Assembly (NCBI GenBank): GCA_016278485.1
Contig: JADQBT010000002.1
Coordinates: 386,570 to 418,569 of the forward strand
DNA length: 32,000 nt
Source: Halanaerobiales bacterium
GTDB taxonomy: Bacteria; Bacillota; Halanaerobiia; Halanaerobiales; Halanaerobiaceae
Direction of reading: 5' to 3'
A program made the translations under genes and the position numbers. Below the pieces are notes generated by a model that had not been told where the DNA came from, ran no database searches, and was given only the letters and a program-made list of their open reading frames with translations. How positions within the stretch are numbered: the stretch's first letter is position 1; every line of letters starts with the position of its first letter. This document shows positions 16,082-23,545 of this stretch, one piece after another.

Positions 16082-16604
16082 CCTTCTCCTTTAAACCAAC
16101 CTGAATTTGAAAGTATATCACATTTTCTCTCTCTAATTTATAAAAGACAGGATTTAAAAAAGCATCAGATTCTGTTAACTGGTCAAGCAAGGCGACTAAT
16201 TCATCATTACTGGCAGAATAGCCGTTAAATTGAACCAACCCATTATCTATATTGACACTAGTTAAAGTAAGTTCCTCTGGAATAATATAGAGTAGGTCTT
16301 CTAAACCTGCGCTTAAGAAATATCTTTTATAATCAACTCTAAGTTTTTCTTCCAAGCGGTTAATACTCTTTTCTAATTGCCGAAATTCATCCATTCTATT
16401 CTGATACAACGTAATACTATCATCAGTTCTTGCTATTTCGTTTCTTAAAAATGATTTTCTAGTATGCAAATTATAAAAGTCCAAAAACATTGAAAATATT
16501 ATTAAGCAAATAATTACTATAATAAAGATATGTTGCCAGTTAATATTAAAAAGTGTTTTTTCATTTGTCTGTAAGAGGTTAACTCTCATAAGCAATAACC
16601 TCAC
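16074..16604 (-). CDS. PilN-like pilus assembly protein, cluster A
   Basis: The N-terminal MRVNLLQ resembles the PilN INLLP motif. A single TM segment and a coiled-coil follow. The gene overlaps the PilM stop. Confidence 0.6.
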   Translation of the reverse strand: MRLLLMRVNLLQTNEKTLFNINWQHIFIIVIICLIIFSMFLDFYNLHTRKSFLRNEIARTDDSITLYQNRMDEFRQLEKSINRLEEKLRVDYKRYFLSAGLEDLLYIIPEELTLTSVNIDNGLVQFNGYSASNDELVALLDQLTESDAFLNPVFYKLERENVIYFQIQVGLKEKDD

Positions 16605-17676
16605 TTAAACATAAGCCAATTGCTAATGCTAGTTCATATTCTTTTTCACGGCAATCTTCATCATTTATTATCAATTTTGAAAATGGATCTATTTCATATA
16701 GTTCCTGACCAATTTCATTTGCAATAACATCTTTTAACCCTTCTAATCGCAGTCCGCCGCCTGAAACATATATTTTATCAATAGTTTCACCATGATTTTG
16801 ATGGCGATAATAACTTAAAGATCTGGATATCTCATCTGCTAATTCAACTGCTAAACTATACATTCTACTTTCTTCATTATATTTTGTCTCAGTCTGGGAA
16901 AGTGCCAGATCAAAATCTAACTCCTGCTCTGGTGCTTTTATCTTTCTTTTTCTTTTTTCTTTTTCAGCTTTTGTGAAATTTACTCCATTTTCTTCAAATA
17001 ACTCGGTAAAAGCGATTCCACCAATATCAATAGTTCTTGCTAAATAAACTGTTTTTTGATTACCAATCACAACTCTAGTATTTGCTGCTCCTAAATCAAC
17101 TATCGCCACAGGTTTTTCTAGTAAATTTTGATATTCTAAAATACTTAATAAAGCCATAGATGGGGCATTAACGGTTTTCACTTTTATATAATCGTCTTTA
17201 AAAGGCTTTAAAAAATTATCTATAATTTTATTTTGTACTGCTACTAATAGTAGTTCCTGTTCATTTTCATTTTCTGCTACTTTAATATGATCAAAAGCAG
17301 CCTGTTCGATGGGAAAAGGTAAAATATCATCAACTTCCCATTTGACTGCTTCTTTTAATTCATCTTTTTCTAAAATTGGCATATTTATAGTCCTGATCAC
17401 TACATTTTGAGCAGAAACAGTTGTCACAATTTCTTTTGGTTTATAACCAACTTCTTTATATAGATCATTTAAACAGCTAACGACAAGGGAATTATCAACA
17501 ATTTCACCTTTTTGAACTGCATCTAAGGGAAGATCTATCTCTCCCCAGCGATGAAGCTCCAATTTTTCACCCGTATCTTTAAGTTGAATCATCTTCGCTG
17601 AATAATGTCCAATATCAACTGCGGTTATCGTCTTTTTCTTTTTATTTAAAAAGGGAAATTTAAACACCTTTGTCAC
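16579..17676 (-). CDS. pilM: PilM, actin-fold type IV pilus assembly protein, cluster A
   Basis: Motifs present are ITAVDIGHYSAKMIQL, VDLGAANTRVVIG and YVSGGGLRLEGL. The start is GTG at 17676, or GTG at 17667, which lies 8 nt after GAGG. Confidence 0.85.
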   Translation of the reverse strand: MTKVFKFPFLNKKKKTITAVDIGHYSAKMIQLKDTGEKLELHRWGEIDLPLDAVQKGEIVDNSLVVSCLNDLYKEVGYKPKEIVTTVSAQNVVIRTINMPILEKDELKEAVKWEVDDILPFPIEQAAFDHIKVAENENEQELLLVAVQNKIIDNFLKPFKDDYIKVKTVNAPSMALLSILEYQNLLEKPVAIVDLGAANTRVVIGNQKTVYLARTIDIGGIAFTELFEENGVNFTKAEKEKRKRKIKAPEQELDFDLALSQTETKYNEESRMYSLAVELADEISRSLSYYRHQNHGETIDKIYVSGGGLRLEGLKDVIANEIGQELYEIDPFSKLIINDEDCREKEYELALAIGLCLSEVIAYES

Positions 17677-17688
17677 CTCATCATTTCT

Positions 17689-18222
17689 TCAAGGAGTAGT
17701 TTGTTTAATTTTATAATAGATTAAATGATAATTGTCTCCTGGATTATTACTAGTTTTAAAATCACTCTGCTTTTCTAAGTTCTGTAAAAAAACTTTTGAA
17801 TCAAATGTTTTGCTTTTATCCTTTAATTCTGCTGTAATATTAAAAGTTAATAAATTTTTTCCGGGGTCATTTCTTGTAAAAATTAATTCTGTAAAAATTG
17901 GTTGAAACTTATTAATTGAATTATCAAAACTCACATGTCTAAGATAACCATTATCTAAAAAAAGATAATTATCTCCTTCAACTAGGGTTTCCATGTCAGA
18001 AGGACTAGGATATAAATGTACATAATCTGCTTTTCTTACCCTAGTTGTAATATACCTTGTAGCCAATTCAAGGTTATTATTTAAATCAGCCCTTAGCTCG
18101 GTTTTATTGAATGTTCGCAAACTGAAAGAAAAAAAGTTAAAGCTAATTGTAAGCACCAGTCCTAAAATAGCTATCGCAACAATTAATTCAATTAATGTAA
18201 AGCCAGACTGGTCACTTTTCAT
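17689..18222 (-). CDS. minor pilin with prepilin-type N-terminus, cluster A
   Basis: The N-terminus MKSDQSG/FTLIELIVAIAILGLVL is a class III signal peptide. The protein ends in ...KQTTP. Confidence 0.8.
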   Translation of the reverse strand: MKSDQSGFTLIELIVAIAILGLVLTISFNFFSFSLRTFNKTELRADLNNNLELATRYITTRVRKADYVHLYPSPSDMETLVEGDNYLFLDNGYLRHVSFDNSINKFQPIFTELIFTRNDPGKNLLTFNITAELKDKSKTFDSKVFLQNLEKQSDFKTSNNPGDNYHLIYYKIKQTTP

Positions 18223-18227
18223 CTAGA

Positions 18228-18632
18228 TTAACCTCCCTCAGGAATAAATGAAGTTACTGATACAGTACGCTGCTGGCTATTCTTAACAGTATATGGTATT
18301 GATACAGTAACAGTTTTTCCAGTTACATCTATCGTATCACCATTAGCAATTGTAATTGTTTTAGTCTGTTCTTCTGAAACTGTCACATCACCCTCAGTAC
18401 TACTTATATCAGTTAATTGATTATAATTTTTAGCAAACTGTTCTTCCATTATTTCCTGAGCCTGATAGAGATGATCTACTTTACGGTTATTGATAGTTAC
18501 ATTTACATAGCCTGAACCGAAAAGTTGTGTAAAGGCTGCAACAACAAGTCCTAAAATCAAGATGGATAGAACAACTTCTATTAGAGTAAAGCCTTTTTCC
18601 TTACTGCCAATATTTTTGATAAAAACCACCAC
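18228..18632 (-). CDS. minor pilin with prepilin-type N-terminus, cluster A (start refined)
   Basis: The N-terminal region reads ...NIGSKEKG/FTLIEVVLSILILGLVV. The ORF-track ATG at 18725 would give a 45-aa leader and overlap the upstream gene by 125 nt. A GTG at 18632/18629, 5-8 nt after GGAGG, gives a normal 12-13-aa leader. Confidence 0.7.
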   Translation of the reverse strand: MVVFIKNIGSKEKGFTLIEVVLSILILGLVVAAFTQLFGSGYVNVTINNRKVDHLYQAQEIMEEQFAKNYNQLTDISSTEGDVTVSEEQTKTITIANGDTIDVTGKTVTVSIPYTVKNSQQRTVSVTSFIPEGG

Positions 18633-19893
18633 CTTCACCTCCGGTTTCAACTGGGAGCGGTTCATCCAAATCAGGTTCGACAAAAGTAAGGGAAGTATTT
18701 CCAGTTGCAGTGAAATTTTCTGCAATAATTGCCCCAGTAAAACTTACGCTACCGGTTGTTGTGATAGTTGATTGTGGAGCATATAAAAGATGTGTGTTTG
18801 AACCAAAATTACCTTTCATTTCTACAGATTTTCCATTTGAATATATATTACCATAATAGTTACTTGTTCCTGTTAAAACAAGATCTGCTGATTTAACAAA
18901 TAAATTACCGTTCATGCTACCGTTCCCACTAAAGGTTAATGTACTGTCACCAGTATAATATACACTCAAATCATTTTGGGCTCCTTCAGAATTAATAACA
19001 CCTTTATTCTCAAACGAATCAGTAAATATTTTAACTTGGCCTTTAGCTCCTGCATCTCTATTAATAACTATTTCACCCTTGTTAGTAAAGCTATCAGTAA
19101 CTATAATAATGTCTTCGTTATCAGTTATATTAAAATTTAGCGTACCATTATTTTTAATCAAAAGAGAATTATAGGTACCACTCTGATTTATTGTCTCCTC
19201 ACTATTATTAATACTTTCAGGAACAATACCTACGGGTATAGAACTTTCATCAACCTCTGGGAAGTTAATAGGTAAGTAATTTATTTCTTCCGGCATACTC
19301 AGAACCTCTACATTGATATTATCATTTAAAAACTGTAAATTCTCTGCTGAAGTTGGCCCAACATATAATGTACCAGCAAAATTTTGTGGTTTATGAAAAT
19401 ATATACTATCTGTATCTATACTATTGGTGGCAATTTCACCACTAGTATCAGCACTACCTTCAAAACTCAAACTTAGTTCTGAAAATACTACTTTATCTGG
19501 TATTTTAGTTGTCTCTTCAGCGTTATTTACCAATATTATATTAACTACTTCCTGAACATCTTCTACAATTCCTGTTGATTCAATTTCAAGTTTATCATCT
19601 AGAGAACCTGTGACTTTGACTTGAAATTCTCCCTCTCCCAGGAAAACAGACTCGGAATTACTCCAGCCTGAAATACTAGAAATATCACTATGATTTTCCA
19701 TGATATATTCTGCTACCATATCAGCACCACTTCTAGCAATATAGTAAGCTTTCGTTTTATTTACTTGCAGCTCAGTTGACCTGATCTCTGCAATTTCTCG
19801 CTGCCAGACAGCAGACCCAATCACAGTTAAGACAACTATAATTACCATGATTAATAATAATGCTGATCCATTCTCGTTTTTAAAAAATCTCAT
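18601..19893 (-). CDS. large PilX_N-anchored pilus-associated protein with beta-solenoid-like repetitive C-terminal part
   Basis: The N-terminus MRFFKNENGSALLLIMVIIVVLTVIGSAVWQ...AYYIARSGADM matches the PilX N-terminal domain pattern. The C-terminal half is rich in G/N/T/S. It has a 25-aa-spaced repeat: TDSFTNKGEI at aa 266-275 and TDSFENKGVI at aa 291-300. Confidence 0.6.
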   Translation of the reverse strand: MRFFKNENGSALLLIMVIIVVLTVIGSAVWQREIAEIRSTELQVNKTKAYYIARSGADMVAEYIMENHSDISSISGWSNSESVFLGEGEFQVKVTGSLDDKLEIESTGIVEDVQEVVNIILVNNAEETTKIPDKVVFSELSLSFEGSADTSGEIATNSIDTDSIYFHKPQNFAGTLYVGPTSAENLQFLNDNINVEVLSMPEEINYLPINFPEVDESSIPVGIVPESINNSEETINQSGTYNSLLIKNNGTLNFNITDNEDIIIVTDSFTNKGEIVINRDAGAKGQVKIFTDSFENKGVINSEGAQNDLSVYYTGDSTLTFSGNGSMNGNLFVKSADLVLTGTSNYYGNIYSNGKSVEMKGNFGSNTHLLYAPQSTITTTGSVSFTGAIIAENFTATGNTSLTFVEPDLDEPLPVETGGEGGGFYQKYWQ

Positions 19894-19921
19894 AGCAGGC
19901 CCTCCTCAAGTGGACCTAAAA

Positions 19922-20647
19922 TTAAAACAAATAATTTAAAATCTCTGGCCAGATAATAATAAGCAATGCTCCCAGAACAAGAAAAGGTCCAAAAGGAAGT
20001 TTTGATTTCATCTTTTTCTGACCAGCTATCATTAAAGCAATTCCCACAATTGATCCAAATAAGGCTGCCAGAAAAATATTAATTAAAACTGCTTTAACGC
20101 CAATAAAAGAACCAAGCAGCGCAGCTAACTTAATATCTCCTCCACCCATACCGCCTTTAGAAAGAAAGGCAATCAGAAGTAAGCTTCCCCCGCCTACTAC
20201 CAGACCAAGCAAGGCCTGAAAAATATTAATATGGGAAAAGAAAACTGCCAATATAATACCAATAACTAAACCACTTAATGATAATTTATCTGGAATAATC
20301 TGATAATGGAAATCTATCATCGCAATGACAATTAAAAATGAAGCAAACAGTATATATATACCAAAATTTATTGATAAATCATATTGCAAATATAATAATG
20401 AAAATATAATTCCTGTAAATAATTCAATCAATGGATATTCAAAACTAATTTTTGTATTACAATGACGACATTTACCACCCTGGATCATAAAACTAAGAAC
20501 AGGTATTAATTCCCACCAGTCCAGCCTGTTCTCACAGACCGGACAATGAGATGGTGGGGAAATTATTGATTTACCTTCTGGTAAGCGGTAAATACAGACA
20601 TTAAGGAAACTGCCTATGATTAACCCTGTAAAAAAAATGAATAACAT
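19922..20647 (-). CDS. pilD: prepilin peptidase / N-methyltransferase (peptidase A24)
   Basis: CPVCENRL...GKCRHC provides the cysteine pairs. The protein is polytopic and carries the GGGDIKL catalytic Asp motif. It is the only such gene in the window. Confidence 0.9.
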   Translation of the reverse strand: MLFIFFTGLIIGSFLNVCIYRLPEGKSIISPPSHCPVCENRLDWWELIPVLSFMIQGGKCRHCNTKISFEYPLIELFTGIIFSLLYLQYDLSINFGIYILFASFLIVIAMIDFHYQIIPDKLSLSGLVIGIILAVFFSHINIFQALLGLVVGGGSLLLIAFLSKGGMGGGDIKLAALLGSFIGVKAVLINIFLAALFGSIVGIALMIAGQKKMKSKLPFGPFLVLGALLIIIWPEILNYLF

Positions 20648-20650
20648 GAT

Positions 20651-21085
20651 TTATGGAGTTGTTGAAATTCCACTAGGTGTAACCGTTAAAGTAGTACCAT
20701 TTACTGTTAATGAAATTTCATAAGTATCACCAGTTGCGGAATAATAAGTGACATCATCATATTTTGATGTAAAGCTATCAACATTTTCATCACTCATATA
20801 TTCTGTATCTTCATCACCATCTTGATCATTAAGTGAATTTAAACCACTACTATTATTGGCACCTGTATCAGTAGGATATTCATTAAAATCTACATAATAC
20901 ATTTCTAAAGCAGTCTGGAAGTTTTTAACTTCACTTTTTGCAGCAGCCATATTTGCGTTTTCACGGATACCTGTCAACCTCGGGATGGCGATACCTGCCA
21001 ATATACCCAACACAGCAATAACAATTAACAACTCAATCAAGGTAAAACCTTCACGACTTTTTAACATTTTTCTCATTTTTTCCAT
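20651..21085 (-). CDS. pilA: major type IV pilin, cluster A
   Basis: The N-terminus is MEKMRKMLKSREG/FTLIELLIVIAVLGILAGIAIP. The ATG at 21085 is preceded by GAGGAGGAG plus 6 nt. The 32 upstream aa in the ORF track are over-extension. The globular part is acidic and cysteine-free, and it ends TPSGISTTP. Confidence 0.85.
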   Translation of the reverse strand: MEKMRKMLKSREGFTLIELLIVIAVLGILAGIAIPRLTGIRENANMAAAKSEVKNFQTALEMYYVDFNEYPTDTGANNSSGLNSLNDQDGDEDTEYMSDENVDSFTSKYDDVTYYSATGDTYEISLTVNGTTLTVTPSGISTTP

Positions 21086-21149
21086 ACTAAACTCCTCCTC
21101 ATTAATAATAAAAGTAATTAATAGACCTAAATCAACACCAACAGACATA

Positions 21150-21188
21150 ACCTTAAGCATATTATCGAAAAGAGTCAACAAAAGTTAA
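21150..21188 (-). promoter_or_regulatory. candidate internal promoter(s) upstream of the major pilin gene
   Basis: One candidate on the minus strand is TTGACT (21178-21173), a 17-nt spacer and TAAGGT (21155-21150). A second, overlapping candidate is TTAACT (21188-21183), an 18-nt spacer and TAATAT (21164-21159). Both lie in the 146-nt PilC-PilA gap. This rests on hexamer matching only. Confidence 0.25.
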
Positions 21189-21231
21189 CTCCTTTGACCA
21201 AAAATAATACCTTTTCCAACAAAAGAACTAT

Positions 21232-22452
21232 TTAAAACGCTGTATACATATCAAACATTGGCATCACTATTGAAATAGCTATAAATCCAACTATTACAGC
21301 CAACATGACAATCATCACTGGTTCAATTAGAGAAATCGAACCATCAATTGCTGCTTGGACTTCACTATCATAAAAATCAGCCAGCCTGTCCAACATCTCA
21401 TCAAGTTGTCCTGTTTCTTCCCCCACCGAAATCATCTGAATAACCATAGGAGGAAACTCCTCACTCTTTTTAAGTGGTTCGGAAAGGGCTATCCCTTCCC
21501 TAAGGCGCGTCCTGGCATCAATTAACACATCAGATATCACCTTATTCCCAACCACATCATCGACAATGGCCAGAGCATCTAGAAGTGTTACCCCACTAGA
21601 TAAAAGCACACCAAGTGTATGTGAAAATCTGGATATCTCAATTTTTCTCCGCATGGGACCAAAAACTGGCACCTTTAAAATAAAGCGGTCAAAATGCTCT
21701 CGTCCTGTTTTGGTTCGAACATAACTGAAAAATCCAAGAATACCGAAAACAACTACTGCAATAATTAACCACCAAAAATTCTGAAATAAATCACTAAAAA
21801 ATATTAAAATCCTGGTCGGTAAAGGTAAAGTGGAGTTTAAGTCAGCAAAAATAGATATTAAATTAGGGACAACAAAAGTCATTAGAAAAAAGATACTAAC
21901 AATAGCCACTACTAAAATCGTTAAAGGATAATACATAGCCGATCTGATCTGATTATTAATCTCACTCTGTCTTTTATAATGATCGGCCAATCTTTGTAAA
22001 ACTGTGTCTAGCACACCACCCACTTCACCAGCTTTGATCAACTGTGTAAAGAGTCGCGGAAAGACTTCTGGGAATTTTTCCATCGCACCTGATAGAGATT
22101 CACCTTTTTCAATTTCATCTATCATCTCTGTAACCACTTTTTCAATAGTTGGATGATCTGTTTGCTCTTTGATGATTACTAATGATTCAATTAAAGGAAT
22201 ACCAGCATTAACCATGACATGAAACTGTCTACTAAATATAGCCAGATCAGAAGTCGTAACTTTTTTCTTCCGTAAAGAACCAAGATCTACATTTAAGGAA
22301 AATCCCTTTTCTTTAACTTCTTTTATATTTACTACAAAATAACCCTGATCACGTAGTTGGTTAACAACCTGACTTTTATTATCAGAACTAATTGAACCAT
22401 TTACAGAGTTTCCCTGTTTGTTTTTAGCCTGATATTTGAATACAGGGCACAT
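21232..22452 (-). CDS. pilC: type IV pilus platform protein PilC (GspF family)
   Basis: The protein is 406 aa with two T2SSF repeats (FSRQFHVMVNAGIPLIESL... and FSHTLGVLLSSGVTLLDAL...) and 3 TM segments. It is full length, including the N-terminal cytoplasmic segment. Confidence 0.9.
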   Translation of the reverse strand: MCPVFKYQAKNKQGNSVNGSISSDNKSQVVNQLRDQGYFVVNIKEVKEKGFSLNVDLGSLRKKKVTTSDLAIFSRQFHVMVNAGIPLIESLVIIKEQTDHPTIEKVVTEMIDEIEKGESLSGAMEKFPEVFPRLFTQLIKAGEVGGVLDTVLQRLADHYKRQSEINNQIRSAMYYPLTILVVAIVSIFFLMTFVVPNLISIFADLNSTLPLPTRILIFFSDLFQNFWWLIIAVVVFGILGFFSYVRTKTGREHFDRFILKVPVFGPMRRKIEISRFSHTLGVLLSSGVTLLDALAIVDDVVGNKVISDVLIDARTRLREGIALSEPLKKSEEFPPMVIQMISVGEETGQLDEMLDRLADFYDSEVQAAIDGSISLIEPVMIVMLAVIVGFIAISIVMPMFDMYTAF

Positions 22453-22469
22453 ATTTTCTACCTCCAGTA

Positions 22470-23543
22470 TTACACATGAGCACGTTGTCTAATATAATCA
22501 GGATTTTTCGCCCGGCGTAATGCTTCATCCATTTCAATTTTTCCTGCCTGAAAAAGATCAAGCAGATAATTATCCATAACTACCATCCCATATTTGCCAC
22601 CAGTCTGCATCGCAGATTCTAACTGATTTGTTTTACCTTCTCTAATTATATTTTTAACAGCAGCAGTACCAATTAATATTTCCAGAGCAGCAATTCTACC
22701 TTTACTATCTTTTCTGGGAATAAGTTGTTGGGCAATGATACCGTTTAAAACCATCGATAACTGAATACGAATCTGTTGTTGCTGATGGGGTGGAAATACA
22801 TCAACAATCCGATCTACTGTCTGGGCAGCACTATTAGTATGTAAAGTTGCTAAAACTAAATGGCCTGTTTCCGCGGCTTCCATAGCAATAGAGATAGTTT
22901 CTAAATCTCTCATCTCTCCCACTAAAATGATATCAGGATCCTGTCTTAAAGCAGATCTTAAGCCCCGTGAGAATGAAGAAGTATCACTACCAACTTCACG
23001 TTGATGGACAAGTGCTTTATTGTGGTTATGTAAATATTCGATCGGATCTTCCAAAGTTAAAATATGAACAGCCTTATTATGATTAATCTCATTTACCATA
23101 GCAGCTAAACTTGTAGATTTACCACTGCCGGTTGGACCAGTACATAAAATAAGACCCTGACGTTGCAAAGCTAACTTCTTAATAACTTCAGGTAAATTAA
23201 GTTGATCAATTGTCGGCACCTCACTTGGAATCACCCGTAAGGCCAAACTGATTGCACCTCTTTGATGATAGGCATTTACCCGAAAACGAGAAATTCCAGG
23301 CAGACTATAGGAAAAATCAACCTCACCCGCTTGCATGAACTCTTCCCACTGATCATCACTCATCAATTCTTGCGAAATAGATTTTAATTCAGAAAAACTA
23401 AATTTTTTAGGAAATTCATTATATTCTTTTAAATCACCTGTATAACGTACCACAGGTTTCGAATTAACAGTTAAGTGCAAATCAGAAATATATTCATTTG
23501 CAATAATTTTTTCCAACAAAGCATCTATCTTCAATACTCTCAC
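22470..23543 (-). CDS. pilT: twitching-motility retraction ATPase PilT
   Basis: The protein is 357 aa and has no N-terminal GspE_N domain. Walker A is GPTGSGKSTSLAAMV, followed by DPDIILVGEMRD and ATLHTNSAAQTVDRI. AVKNIIREGKTNQL is the PilT AIRNLIRE-type motif. Confidence 0.92.
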   Translation of the reverse strand: MRVLKIDALLEKIIANEYISDLHLTVNSKPVVRYTGDLKEYNEFPKKFSFSELKSISQELMSDDQWEEFMQAGEVDFSYSLPGISRFRVNAYHQRGAISLALRVIPSEVPTIDQLNLPEVIKKLALQRQGLILCTGPTGSGKSTSLAAMVNEINHNKAVHILTLEDPIEYLHNHNKALVHQREVGSDTSSFSRGLRSALRQDPDIILVGEMRDLETISIAMEAAETGHLVLATLHTNSAAQTVDRIVDVFPPHQQQQIRIQLSMVLNGIIAQQLIPRKDSKGRIAALEILIGTAAVKNIIREGKTNQLESAMQTGGKYGMVVMDNYLLDLFQAGKIEMDEALRRAKNPDYIRQRAHV

Positions 23544-23545
23544 CT

